Positions 28,378-38,541 of a stretch of DNA of 64,000 nt are shown here, piece after piece. The notes beneath the pieces are model-generated. The model was not told the DNA's origin. It did no database searches and saw only the letters and a program-made list of their open reading frames with translations. The position numbers and the translations under genes are program-made. Numbering within the stretch: position 1 is the first letter of the stretch; every line of letters begins with the position of its first letter. Source of the DNA: a virus; IMG/VR virus record IMGVR_UViG_3300033153_008183, positions 1 through 64,000 of that record; one strand, given 5' to 3'.

Positions 28378-30210
28378 TTAAATTGATAATGTACCGGTAA
28401 TAGCAACTTTCTGAATTGCTCCCTGGTAAGTACTATTAAACGAAACACCATCAAGAAAACGAGCTGCTCTATCAGCAGGATCCGTTTCAACTCTTGTAGG
28501 TATCACTATTGTGGTATCCTCAGCATTCAATAAATCTACTTCAGCTCTTGTTAAAACACCTTTAAGAGCATTTGTAATTAATTGTATACCTCCATCTGAA
28601 AAAGGAACTTTTCTGTTATTCAATAAAGTTGTAAATACAGCATTTTGTATTTCAGATTCCAACCAATGTGTTCCTCTGATGATATCAATATACTCTCCCC
28701 CAATTACTTTACCATCCAAAGTAACGGCAACACCTCCAGTACTTACATAAACATTTGCATTATTGTTTTTAGCAAATATTTCCTGTCCAGAACCTATGGA
28801 AGAAGCACTGACTGCTGACAAAGTTTTAAAAGCCCAAGTCTGACTTGCCGGATCAAAAGGAAGAGCTTCCCCTATCCATGCCATAAATGAAAATTGTACT
28901 GAAGAAGCACTTATGCCGTTTTGATTCTGAGCCACTTCATTATAAACCAGAATTGTATGGTCATAAGACAGTGCTTTTAATACTGTAGCTAAATCAGCTA
29001 CCCCAGGTTCATTCCCAAGATCAGTACCCAAAGTAGAAATGCCACCATTAAGATAAGAAGCTCCAGTGATATCAGTTCCGGGTCCTGCAGTTACAGCGGA
29101 TATTTCAATGCTTGAAGAATTTCCTGTTGTAGCGCTGGTAAAAACCATTCTACTATCACTGTATTCTACAGTAACATCACTTACACCAGCAGCTGTTATT
29201 GCCGCGGTTAAAGCAGTTGCCACTGCATCCATGTCGGCAGGTAAACTTGCAGCTGTTCCGGGAGTCTCATCTCCTCCGTCAAAATAAGCTTCTCCTGTTA
29301 AATCAGTTCCAGTACCAGCTGTTCCTACTTCAATTAGAATAGCTGAAGTAGCTCCTGTTGAATCACTTGTAAAAATGAATCTTCCAGAATTTGAATCATA
29401 TTCTACAGTTACAGCTTCCAAACCAATTTCAGCCTGTACAGCTGTTTGAAGAATAGCAGCTAATCCTGCAAAAGTACTTGCTCCGGAAAAATCTACAAGA
29501 AGAACATTAATAGGTGATCCTGCATCTAATGTGATATCAAACTCTCCATCAGATACAGCTTCAAAAGCTGCCATCTTACCAGTTACAATACCTGTAACCC
29601 AAAGACCAGCAGTTGCACCAGCAGACATATTGATACCATCTACTTCAACAGCTGCAGCTCCATCCTTTGAAATCATGAATTCACCATCAGTAAGAGCTTG
29701 CCATACTGCCAGAGCTCCTAATGCACCACTGGTAAAATACCCTTCTTCAAGAGCAACCTGTATTCCAATAATTGCTTTTTCTGCAGAAGTATACCCAAAT
29801 AATTTCACTACTGTTTCAGCCCAGGATGCAGCTTCCAAAATATCTGCTTCTGTAGATGATTTAATTGTGAAAGCATACCAATCAGTATAAGCACTCTGAA
29901 TAGCAGCTAAAGCAGCTGTCCAATCAGCATCTCCAGCATCTTTCCTTCCTACCATAAAAGTTCCTGGATTTGGATTCTGACTGAAATAAGCTAAAGCAGC
30001 TCTATATTCCAAATCAGTACTAGCCCATCCATCTTCTATCATAGCAGTTACACTTGTATACAACTGGTATCTATCTCCCCCTAGCATAGGGTTATTTAAA
30101 CTACCAGGGGTAAACGCAGAAATAATTGCCCCACTTCCAAATCCTACTTGTGTAGGATACCGTGTTTCACGAGTAATATTTACCGCTACAATGTCTCTAA
30201 CTTCAGACAT
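28378..30210 (-). CDS. Contractile tail sheath (DUF3383-like)
   Basis: YFSQNP, TWAFKTL, YIDIIRG.HWL and KVPFSDGG motifs. Confidence 0.9.
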   Translation of the reverse strand: MSEVRDIVAVNITRETRYPTQVGFGSGAIISAFTPGSLNNPMLGGDRYQLYTSVTAMIEDGWASTDLEYRAALAYFSQNPNPGTFMVGRKDAGDADWTAALAAIQSAYTDWYAFTIKSSTEADILEAASWAETVVKLFGYTSAEKAIIGIQVALEEGYFTSGALGALAVWQALTDGEFMISKDGAAAVEVDGINMSAGATAGLWVTGIVTGKMAAFEAVSDGEFDITLDAGSPINVLLVDFSGASTFAGLAAILQTAVQAEIGLEAVTVEYDSNSGRFIFTSDSTGATSAILIEVGTAGTGTDLTGEAYFDGGDETPGTAASLPADMDAVATALTAAITAAGVSDVTVEYSDSRMVFTSATTGNSSSIEISAVTAGPGTDITGASYLNGGISTLGTDLGNEPGVADLATVLKALSYDHTILVYNEVAQNQNGISASSVQFSFMAWIGEALPFDPASQTWAFKTLSAVSASSIGSGQEIFAKNNNANVYVSTGGVAVTLDGKVIGGEYIDIIRGTHWLESEIQNAVFTTLLNNRKVPFSDGGIQLITNALKGVLTRAEVDLLNAEDTTIVIPTRVETDPADRAARFLDGVSFNSTYQGAIQKVAITGTLSI

Positions 30211-30232
30211 AATAACCTCCTAAACGTTATTT

Positions 30233-30820
30233 TTATGGAGCCACACTATCATTAGTGATCTCCAAAATTCTAGTTTCACTGCCATCAATATTTTCTATTT
30301 CTCCACCTATATTCACATCTTCTATCCAATTTAAATTCTCTCTTCTACTATCATAAAAGGAAAAGGTCGGAGATACAATACTTTCTTTATGAACTTTATT
30401 ATCAATTCGAAAGGGAATTGAAGTTATTGCAAGTTCGATATTTGGAAGACTCAAATTTACTTCAGTTAAAAATTCTGAAACGTATATCATTCTTAAAGAT
30501 GATAATATCGTCATAAGAAGATTTCCATCCCCATTAACTTGTCTAATTTCAACTTCACCTGCATAAGGAGTATAATACACTAAATAAGAAGGATCTTCTG
30601 AAGGAGGTTCTTCTGTACTTGGATCGTGTACATCTCCAAATGTAGTAGCCCCTATTTTGCGTAGTATTGTAGGTGTGTATCCTACTACAATATAGGGATC
30701 ATCAGTCACGGGTAACGCTGCACTCATATCAGATTGAAAAACTTCAGCTGTGATTCCTTCTGTAGTTAAAATTAAAGAGACTAAATCATAAACATGAACA
30801 TATAATTCATTTAGTGTCAT
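30233..30820 (-). CDS. Neck / tail completion protein
   Basis: Position upstream of the sheath; PYIVV motif. Confidence 0.6.
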   Translation of the reverse strand: MTLNELYVHVYDLVSLILTTEGITAEVFQSDMSAALPVTDDPYIVVGYTPTILRKIGATTFGDVHDPSTEEPPSEDPSYLVYYTPYAGEVEIRQVNGDGNLLMTILSSLRMIYVSEFLTEVNLSLPNIELAITSIPFRIDNKVHKESIVSPTFSFYDSRRENLNWIEDVNIGGEIENIDGSETRILEITNDSVAP

Positions 30821-31176
30821 ACATCTGCCTCTCGCCAAACCATAACATATCTGTAGTAACTCAGATCAGCAAAAACGCCCTTCTGATCGCTCCAATCAAG
30901 TTCTTTGACACATTCATACCAATCACCGTGATAAAGTACGTAGGTGCCCTTGGTAGCCGTATTTGAGGTCGGAATATTAAGTTTCTCTTCTGAAAAAACA
31001 AGCATAACTCCAGAAGATATAACCCCTTCAGTCTGATCCTGTGTAATCTTACCTTTGTAAGGTTGAACATTTCCCTGGAAAGTTGTGATAGGAGTTGATG
31101 TGATTGTTGCTACTCCTTTTACATATTCCTGAATTATCTCTTTTCTTTTTATTTCAGTTTTATAAAATAGAGCCAT
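30817..31176 (-). CDS. Head closure protein
   Basis: GNVQP...Y.G.WYE pattern; neck gene order. Confidence 0.65.
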   Translation of the reverse strand: MALFYKTEIKRKEIIQEYVKGVATITSTPITTFQGNVQPYKGKITQDQTEGVISSGVMLVFSEEKLNIPTSNTATKGTYVLYHGDWYECVKELDWSDQKGVFADLSYYRYVMVWREADV

Positions 31177-31652
31177 TACATAACCACCTTGTGAGTGATA
31201 CTGCTTCTCATTTTGTTTGTATCAAGCAATGGTGTACTATTTGGAGTCACAGCTCTACCACTGGGACGTACTTTATAACTGGGTTTAAGAGCTGCAAATG
31301 TACGTCTAAGAAACTGATCTTTTAAATATTGTGTGTATCGTTTTCCTAATAGATTATAAATTTCTTTTCGAGACATATTTCCTTTTAACATTTCACCATA
31401 AAGAAATTTCATATACTGCTTTACTTCAACTTTTCGATCAGCCATAGTAGTTTGAAATACTGGACGAGGTAACATATTACCATTTATAGAACCTGCTTCA
31501 AAAACAGCCATTCGCAAGGCAAGATTTTTATCATAATCATTGCCAGCTCCTTTTGAAAAGAGTCCTATTGCTACATATTCTTTTGACATAGTGTCCATAC
31601 TTTTGATTATATCTTCTAATGAAGGTCCTTTCCGAGTAACTTTAATACTCAT
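31176..31652 (-). CDS. Neck / tail completion protein
   Basis: VAIG...E.G...PRP...PLLDT.KMRSSIT. Confidence 0.75.
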   Translation of the reverse strand: MSIKVTRKGPSLEDIIKSMDTMSKEYVAIGLFSKGAGNDYDKNLALRMAVFEAGSINGNMLPRPVFQTTMADRKVEVKQYMKFLYGEMLKGNMSRKEIYNLLGKRYTQYLKDQFLRRTFAALKPSYKVRPSGRAVTPNSTPLLDTNKMRSSITHKVVM

Positions 31653-32062
31653 CAGTTACTCCCAAGAGCCATTATAGCTGAGGTTCCTACTGCTCTCATT
31701 GAAGTATTAGACATAGACATCAACTGTAACAATTGCTGTCCATAAACAGTAGTTGTAAGTAATTTATTACCGGGAGTAGTAGCTCCTCCTGCTAACTGAG
31801 GCACACTCTCATAAAAAGTCTCAGATAAATCCTGCTGCCTTCTACTTGCTGGAGAACCAGATTTCATTGAAGTTCTACCATAAATAGCAGGTTTGGAAAG
31901 TGTAAGATTATGGGCTGCTCTCAGAGCCACAGCTAATTCATATTTAGTACCATAAAAAGAAGAAGATGTTTGTAATCTTGCTAACTCAATATAAGTATCT
32001 ATATCAACATCATCTCTGATTCCAGGATATGTTTGAATTATTTGTGAAGCTGAGAGTGCCAT
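31652..32062 (-). CDS. Head-tail adaptor (DUF4054-like)
   Basis: AAHNL...TTVYGQQLL. Confidence 0.8.
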   Translation of the reverse strand: MALSASQIIQTYPGIRDDVDIDTYIELARLQTSSSFYGTKYELAVALRAAHNLTLSKPAIYGRTSMKSGSPASRRQQDLSETFYESVPQLAGGATTPGNKLLTTTVYGQQLLQLMSMSNTSMRAVGTSAIMALGSN

Positions 32063-32072
32063 TATTTACCTC

Positions 32073-32528
32073 TTATTCCTCTTCTTCATCTTTTCCAGGA
32101 TTTTTAATCTTTTCAACCTGGTCATCAATTACACCCTTGAGGAAGTCATTTCCTTTTTTACGCCATTTACCTAAAAGCTGAAGATTAAAAGTTTCTTTTA
32201 CAAGAGCTTCCTGTTCCTCACTTTCAAGTTCTGCAAAAGGGGTTTTAGTTTCTACACTGATAACTTTCTCTTTAGCATCTTTCTTTTCTGTGACATGTTT
32301 TTCAACAATGTGACCTTCTTCAAGATAAAACTTAATTTTCTTGAGTTCTCTCACTTTGTTCCATACTTCATCCGGTATATCATTTATACCAGGAATAAGA
32401 GTTACAGTTTTCATTTTTCGATGAGATGCATTCCTGCCTTTGTTAGGACCCTTCTGTCCTTTAACAGGTTTAGAAGGTAAAGGTAAAGTTAATACTCCGG
32501 CATTTGGTTTTCTAAAATCAATTATCAT
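32073..32528 (-). CDS. Virion-associated hypothetical protein
   Basis: AAGGAG RBS before ATG 32528; LIPGIN motif typical of post-capsid genes. Confidence 0.6.
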   Translation of the reverse strand: MIIDFRKPNAGVLTLPLPSKPVKGQKGPNKGRNASHRKMKTVTLIPGINDIPDEVWNKVRELKKIKFYLEEGHIVEKHVTEKKDAKEKVISVETKTPFAELESEEQEALVKETFNLQLLGKWRKKGNDFLKGVIDDQVEKIKNPGKDEEEE

Positions 32529-32544
32529 AATTATTCTCCTTATT

Positions 32545-32577
32545 GAAATAAGCACTCCCTACAAAGTAAGGAGTGCC
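32545..32577 (-). terminator. Hairpin terminator after the major capsid gene
   Basis: Minus strand GCACTCCTTAC-TTT-GTAGGGAGTGC followed by TTATTT. Confidence 0.65.
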
Positions 32578-32584
32578 AAACCTC

Positions 32585-33505
32585 TTATATATTATCTGCA
32601 AAAATTACTGATTGCGGATAATAAATTATAACTCCACCATGTTCAGCCCATACAGGGATGACATAAGAAAAAGGAGATTCCTGAAATTCTTTTTCCTGTT
32701 TGGTAGGAACCGGGAACAACTGTGTGAGGTGATCTACATCACGCACATAAGCAATCATTCTGTCAGAACCACCATCACCTACTCCCTCAAGATCAGGAAT
32801 AGATAAAACAGTTACATCAGGATTATTTCTTTTGAAATACTCCATAATGGTTAAATCAGAAGCAGTTGAAAACTGAATATCTTTAATCAGTTCATACTGC
32901 TCTGTGGGAAGAAGAAGTGTATCAGGTTTCTCAATCTGTTTGGTGTTGATATAAGGAGTCTTAACCATAGCTCGCATATCTGCATAAATTTCAGCAGGAT
33001 CTTTTGTTGCCCATTCAGGATCAGCTGGATCAGCTCCATTTGGTGTTACATATTCCTGAATACCAGGATAATCAAGAAATCCCTGAAGATTTCTTTTAGA
33101 GTCACCATTCCAAAGAATATGATCCACTTTTTCAGCTACTGCTCTAAAAGCAGCATCTGCTCTTCCAGATTTAAGATTAACACCTGCTCTAATGGCTTTT
33201 TTGATCTCAAAGATCGTATAACCATAAGAAGAAGCAAGTCTCTTAATATGAGCAGAAGTCTCTGTACCAAACATGTCAGCACGAGGAATACTTCCACCGT
33301 AGTCTCCGATAAAAGAGGCTACACCGATTCGTGAGTAACTTCGGTATGTTACTGTTTCAATTCCTTCACCCTTTACATCGGGATCTACAGGAATTAGAGA
33401 AGCCCCAAAAAGGAGTTTATTCTTCTCATTGTATTGGGTCCGTTTTATGACCTCAAGCTGCCGTGTAAAAAAAAGCAGCTGGCTACTATCTAATCTATCA
33501 GGCAT
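32585..33505 (-). CDS. Major capsid protein (DUF2184-like, HK97 fold)
   Basis: FF.RQLE, WNGD...GFL..P, PDTLLLP and GGVIIYYP motifs. Confidence 0.9.
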   Translation of the reverse strand: MPDRLDSSQLLFFTRQLEVIKRTQYNEKNKLLFGASLIPVDPDVKGEGIETVTYRSYSRIGVASFIGDYGGSIPRADMFGTETSAHIKRLASSYGYTIFEIKKAIRAGVNLKSGRADAAFRAVAEKVDHILWNGDSKRNLQGFLDYPGIQEYVTPNGADPADPEWATKDPAEIYADMRAMVKTPYINTKQIEKPDTLLLPTEQYELIKDIQFSTASDLTIMEYFKRNNPDVTVLSIPDLEGVGDGGSDRMIAYVRDVDHLTQLFPVPTKQEKEFQESPFSYVIPVWAEHGGVIIYYPQSVIFADNI

Positions 33506-33515
33506 GTTTAGCTCC

Positions 33516-34277
33516 TTAGCTCACTGCTTTCTTCATATTATCGACACGAATAACCGCAAGATCCTGCACACCATCTGCTATAAAAGCAAAGGCGGCATTG
33601 ATCAATAAGTTACTTCCAACTGTTCCGGTAAACTTACCAGCATCTGCACCAGATTTAATTACATAAACAGGAGCATTTACTGTTACGTTTGCAATGTCAT
33701 CTACAATGACAGCACAATATCCATCTACCAAAGTCTCAAGGGCCTGACCCTCTTCATAACCTTCGTCACTAAGAAGAGTTGCTGTAGGCGCTTTCTGAGC
33801 CTTAAGAACAGGACCGAGAACAACCATTTCAGCAGACTGGGAAAGAACAGGAGTACCTACAGGAGGTGTTGCACCTGTTACAACAGTCGAAGCTGAAGTT
33901 GTTTCTCCAGGAGTGATAATGGTAAATACTCTACCAGTTACCGAAACCTGCCATTCAGAATTAAGAGCCTGAAGAGCTACAACCATAGCGGCCATTGTGG
34001 TGTCATGATCAGTAACCCAAGCTAATTCTTCCATAGCAAGGCCATTAACAGTAAAGTTAATAGTCACAGCATTAGCCTCTGTGAAATCAATGTCATAAGT
34101 CATTACAACTTTGTCAACATGGATATTCATGGCACTGTCAACATCACCCTTGTACCCAAAAGCACACATACCGAACTTAATCAGTTCACGTGCTATGAAC
34201 GATTCTGTAAGAGCTCCTACCTGAGCACCGAACAGATTACCAGCTGAAAGCTGGCTAATATTTCCATACTGAGACAT
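33516..34277 (-). CDS. Capsid decoration/cement protein
   Basis: Between protease and capsid; I.FG...G...V.V...PVY...GKF; start MSQYG. Confidence 0.72.
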   Translation of the reverse strand: MSQYGNISQLSAGNLFGAQVGALTESFIARELIKFGMCAFGYKGDVDSAMNIHVDKVVMTYDIDFTEANAVTINFTVNGLAMEELAWVTDHDTTMAAMVVALQALNSEWQVSVTGRVFTIITPGETTSASTVVTGATPPVGTPVLSQSAEMVVLGPVLKAQKAPTATLLSDEGYEEGQALETLVDGYCAVIVDDIANVTVNAPVYVIKSGADAGKFTGTVGSNLLINAAFAFIADGVQDLAVIRVDNMKKAVS

Positions 34278-35614
34278 TATGCCCCCCTCTTTTTCTGACC
34301 GGCTTTGACAAGCTGCAACCAATTTTCATCATCGGTTTTAACTTCACCTTCGACCAGAGTAAGCTCATCCTCTTTATGATGAGCTCCAGATGTGAGGTTA
34401 TCTTCCAGAGTGGTATCTGCTTCATCAAGAGTTGTAACAGCTCCATCAAACATTGCGTTTATGTAAGTGTCGTCCTTCCCTTCCAGATCCATCTTTGGAA
34501 AAGCTTTTGCGATAACAGCTTTTTTCTTAGCCATTACATCCATTTTGTCAGTATCTTCGATACCGGCTTTTGCCACAGCAGTATCCAACTTATTACGATC
34601 TTCGAAAAGACCATCAAGCTGATCTACCTGAATAGCATTTTTCAGCTTTTCTTCTGCAGCATCAAGTTTTGCCTGAAGTGCATCTCTTTCTCCCTCACGG
34701 GTACTTAGATCTGCAGTTGCTGTGTCTAATTTCTTAGTCACATCTTCAAGCTCTACATTACTCTTTTTAAGAGCTTCGTCAATTTTTGAGTAATGAGCGA
34801 TTACCGGGGCTTCTGCTTGGTATTCGACATTATCAATCCTGACGATTTTGAAATTTTCGGGCATATTCTCCCCCTTGTTTATATTTACAGGAGGATTAAC
34901 CCCTGCAGTATCCTTAACAACCGGCTTAATAGTATCTGGAGGAGCCTGGTAGCCGTCTACTCTCATAACAGCAGCATCTCCTGCTCTTCCTCTATCAACT
35001 ATAGCCACATGGTTATATCTTATTTTAACTTGTTTTGCATCATAAGGAACCCCATTGTAATTTCCAGATTCCATCATAACATCACAACTGTATCCAGCAG
35101 AAAGAGCTCTCTTTCCATCCTGCACATCATCTATAGCATCTTTGACTGACACTGTAAGATTACTTGCTACCCGGCCTTTAAACTGATCTACAATGATTTC
35201 TTCACCTAAAGAACCTACCATAACAACTTTTGCATTATCCGGAGTCACCAATGTCCCAGGATGATCATTTGTTACAACAGCCATTCGTAATGTATTTAAA
35301 GAATCAGGATGAAAAACCTCTTCAGGACTTCTAAGTTCCCACTGAATAGCTCCATCTTCCATTACATAAGGAAAAACACCAGTAGTAGTGATTACAGCTC
35401 TACCTTTAAGAAAACCATTGGAATCTTCTTTCATGGTCTGGTATACATTATTTTCTCTGTAACGGTTCATTTCTTCAAAATATTCAGCTTCAGAATTATT
35501 AGCCTGTCCAAAATAGCCAAAATAATCAATTCTACTTTCGGCTTTATCAAATCGTACTACTTTTTTTAACATCTCAAAAATGGGAAGTTCAACCCATCTG
35601 AGTTCATTTCTCAT
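34277..35614 (-). CDS. Prohead protease/scaffold (DUF2213-like)
   Basis: ELRSPEEVF, VTNDHP, LSAGY and YNHVAIVDRGRAG, followed by a coiled-coil scaffold. Confidence 0.92.
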   Translation of the reverse strand: MRNELRWVELPIFEMLKKVVRFDKAESRIDYFGYFGQANNSEAEYFEEMNRYRENNVYQTMKEDSNGFLKGRAVITTTGVFPYVMEDGAIQWELRSPEEVFHPDSLNTLRMAVVTNDHPGTLVTPDNAKVVMVGSLGEEIIVDQFKGRVASNLTVSVKDAIDDVQDGKRALSAGYSCDVMMESGNYNGVPYDAKQVKIRYNHVAIVDRGRAGDAAVMRVDGYQAPPDTIKPVVKDTAGVNPPVNINKGENMPENFKIVRIDNVEYQAEAPVIAHYSKIDEALKKSNVELEDVTKKLDTATADLSTREGERDALQAKLDAAEEKLKNAIQVDQLDGLFEDRNKLDTAVAKAGIEDTDKMDVMAKKKAVIAKAFPKMDLEGKDDTYINAMFDGAVTTLDEADTTLEDNLTSGAHHKEDELTLVEGEVKTDDENWLQLVKAGQKKRGA

Positions 35615-35792
35615 CAGTTCCTCCCTTCCATCGTTTACCACGTTTAACAAGTCCAGCTCTGGTTAATTCCGCATCCTGGTGTTCTACTTTTATAAGAACT
35701 CCATTCTGAAAATCCAAAATAATTTTTCCATAATTAACATTAGCTGTGTGTTTTTTAATGATTATAATATCTTCTTCTTTTAAAATTGCCAT
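35604..35792 (-). CDS. YezD/DUF2292-like small protein, apparently leaderless
   Basis: NYGKIILDFQNGVLIKVE; promoter -10 lies 6 nt before the ATG. Confidence 0.6.
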   Translation of the reverse strand: MAILKEEDIIIIKKHTANVNYGKIILDFQNGVLIKVEHQDAELTRAGLVKRGKRWKGGTDEK

Positions 35793-35798
35793 TGCTTA

Positions 35799-35827
35799 AC
35801 AATACACCCCCGTAGAGCATCTGTCAA
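35799..35827 (-). promoter_or_regulatory. Sigma70-type promoter for the head operon
   Basis: TTGACA-17 nt-TATTGT. Confidence 0.75.
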
Positions 35828-35862
35828 CTATTGATAAATTCATACAATTGCACCTCCTCACT

Positions 35863-36204
35863 TTATACTGGTAAACAATCATCACAAATCTTAAGACCTC
35901 TTCTTTTAACTTCAAAACACATAGTCATCCAGGCTATTTCAGTTTCCTTATCAATTATTTGAAATCTCCAAAATCTTTCTGGACTACTTACTTCACTCAA
36001 TAAATTTTTAGGAACTGTGATAACAACAGTAGGTGACAAAGCAACTGTAGCCCATTGAGATGGGCTCATTGTGCCTGTAGGAGCATCTTTTTGATTTGAA
36101 GGAGCCCAATAATCCACACGAAAATCTACTGCATTCATATCAATATCTTCTGTGTCCGTGTAATTTAAAATCAATTTTTGATTTAAAAATATTGTATTTG
36201 CCAT
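35863..36204 (-). CDS. Small beta-sandwich (BppU-like) virion protein
   Basis: YWAPS...WRFQI...FEV pattern; last gene of the island. Confidence 0.5.
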   Translation of the reverse strand: MANTIFLNQKLILNYTDTEDIDMNAVDFRVDYWAPSNQKDAPTGTMSPSQWATVALSPTVVITVPKNLLSEVSSPERFWRFQIIDKETEIAWMTMCFEVKRRGLKICDDCLPV

Positions 36205-36214
36205 TTATTTTCTC

Positions 36215-36451
36215 CTATTGCATCGTTCCAGCAAAATTTATTTCTGAATATGCAAGTCCACTAAAATCTAATTCTCTAATACTTTTACTTGTAAATAATA
36301 ACTCTCTAACAGCCAAACCTTCAAAATTTAAATCAGTTACTCTCTTACCTGTAAAGTATAAAGGTTCCACCAATGAAAGAAAAATAGGTCCTTCCACTAA
36401 ACCACGTGTAACTAAATATGCTGTTTTTAAACCGTGTAAAACTAAATTCAA
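36215..36451 (-). CDS. 78-aa partner protein with ~10-aa L.F.G repeats
   Basis: LYFTG/LNFEG/LLFTS/LDFSG/INFAG; paralogue at 43544-43699. Confidence 0.65.
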   Translation of the reverse strand: MNLVLHGLKTAYLVTRGLVEGPIFLSLVEPLYFTGKRVTDLNFEGLAVRELLFTSKSIRELDFSGLAYSEINFAGTMQ

Positions 36452-38541
36452 GTACCTACCCTCTGATCAGGTTCAACGTCACTTGGTACCCCTGCCTTAA
36501 ATAGATCAAAAGTTTGTAACGGTGTAGTATGATCTGAACTATCTACCTTAATCAATTGATTAGAAATAACCTGTTCATCAGCCTTTAGTATTTTATTATT
36601 ATTTTCTACAATTAACTCCATAGCTGCCTGGTCTGCTAAAGTTGCAAGTAAAGCTAAAGCAGCATCCATTTCAGCTTTTGTAGTGATATTAGCTGTAATT
36701 CTTGCTAATAACGTAGTGATATCTACCTGAGTGGCATCAATCTTCCCATCAGTTGTACCATGAAGTGTTGCTGCTGTCCCTGCTATGTCCGGAATCACGA
36801 TATTCGCATCATCTGTTCCCCTCATAACCGTTGGAATTGCATCTACTTTGGTTTCTACACCATCCAATGTTGTTTCTTTTGCTACAGTAGAATCCAAAGC
36901 CATTCCTGAAACGTCAGCCTTAGATGCATTCCTTGAAGCAGTATCCGTAATTACCTCATCTGTCGTATGATCAAATAGGGACGCTTCCAGAGCCAAGGCA
37001 GATACATTTGCCTGACTTGCTGTACGGGAAGCACTATCCGTTGTAACCGTTCCTGTAATAGTTCTGGCTACATTACTCCAAATATCCGCAATAAGAGTAC
37101 CGAAGCTGGAAAGTGTTCTGGTTGTTGCTGCCCACACATCGGCTGCAGAATGACTCGAACGGGTTGAAACCGCTACATCTAAATTACTTACATCTGCAAT
37201 AGGAGCTTGTTCTAAACCATTCTGAGTAAATCTTCTAACTCCGGCATCATCCTCTGTAGTCTCCCAAAGATGATCTAATTTACCACCATTAGTTTCCATT
37301 TCAGTTCTTATTTCCTCTACAGTTGGAGAACTCCCTCCTGCTCCAGTCAGCCAAGCATCATCACCACGATCCCTAATAGCTTCATTACTGTCTGTAGATT
37401 CTAAAAATCCAGAACCTTTTAATTCATCAATTGAAGCCTCTAAAGCAAGTGCTGAAACATTAGCTTGACTTGCAGTTCTTGAAGCCGTATCGGTTTCAAC
37501 AGCCGCAGTCAATATTCTGGTTGCATATTCCCATACCTGCTGTGCAGTTAATCCGGATCCGGCTACTCCTACATCATTAACGGTTTTGGTTGTAACTGGT
37601 TCTACATCGTAAAAGAATGAAAAGCTCTCTGCTACATCACCGGCATTGGTCTCTGTGATCAAAGTTCCCAGTAGTTTACCTACATCTACAGAATCACTAT
37701 CTGGATCAAAATACCCTGCCGCTAATAATGTTCTTGCAATTACGGTAGCTTCCAAAGCTAAACCACTGACATCAGCTTTGGACGCATTCCTTGAAGCTGT
37801 ATCTGTGATAACTTCATCTGTCGTGTGGTCAAAGAGACTGGCTTCGAGTGCAAGTGCTGAAACATCTGCTTTACTGGCTGTTCTTGAGGCGGTGTCCGTT
37901 TCTACTGTACCTGTAAGGACTCTTGTAGCATATGACCAGATATCAGCTAATAGTGTTCCAAATGACGATAATGTTCTTGTTGTCGCTGTCCATACATCAG
38001 CGGCAGAATGAGTACTGAAACCCGTGGCCTGTGACGCTGTTCTTGATGCAGAATCGGTTGTAACTTCATCACTTGTATGATCGAATAAACTTGCTTCAAG
38101 AGCTAATGCTGATACATTTGCTTGTGAAGCTGTTCTGGATGCACTATCGGTTTCTACTGCTGCTGTAACACTTGCAACAGCTCCAGATACGCTTGCCACA
38201 ATCTGATCTGCTGTATCTAAATCAAAAGCGTGTTGTGCCGAAGCATCTCCATATGTTTCAAACTCTATTGTTATGTCCAACCATGCCTTTGTTGCTGTCT
38301 GGTCTATAATTATAATAACGCCTCTGGCACATTCCATCTCTGTTGCTGTTAAAGCAATTGAATATGAATTCCCTTCATCAACAAAACCACTACCGGTATT
38401 TGCAGGAGTGCCTTCATCTTTCATAACAGTAGAATCACCGGATTCATGTGAGGCATCTACTCTAAGATCTACTCCATCCACTTCGTAAAGAGAGAAAACA
38501 AAAGTAGTTGCTTCTCCATATTTTCTTAGTCTATCAAACAT
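36448..38541 (-). CDS. Repeat-rich fibrous virion protein
   Basis: 7x TD(S/T)ASR(T/N)AS(Q/K)A and 5x (V/I)W...(T/A)R.(L/I) repeats. Confidence 0.7.
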   Translation of the reverse strand: MFDRLRKYGEATTFVFSLYEVDGVDLRVDASHESGDSTVMKDEGTPANTGSGFVDEGNSYSIALTATEMECARGVIIIIDQTATKAWLDITIEFETYGDASAQHAFDLDTADQIVASVSGAVASVTAAVETDSASRTASQANVSALALEASLFDHTSDEVTTDSASRTASQATGFSTHSAADVWTATTRTLSSFGTLLADIWSYATRVLTGTVETDTASRTASKADVSALALEASLFDHTTDEVITDTASRNASKADVSGLALEATVIARTLLAAGYFDPDSDSVDVGKLLGTLITETNAGDVAESFSFFYDVEPVTTKTVNDVGVAGSGLTAQQVWEYATRILTAAVETDTASRTASQANVSALALEASIDELKGSGFLESTDSNEAIRDRGDDAWLTGAGGSSPTVEEIRTEMETNGGKLDHLWETTEDDAGVRRFTQNGLEQAPIADVSNLDVAVSTRSSHSAADVWAATTRTLSSFGTLIADIWSNVARTITGTVTTDSASRTASQANVSALALEASLFDHTTDEVITDTASRNASKADVSGMALDSTVAKETTLDGVETKVDAIPTVMRGTDDANIVIPDIAGTAATLHGTTDGKIDATQVDITTLLARITANITTKAEMDAALALLATLADQAAMELIVENNNKILKADEQVISNQLIKVDSSDHTTPLQTFDLFKAGVPSDVEPDQRVGT

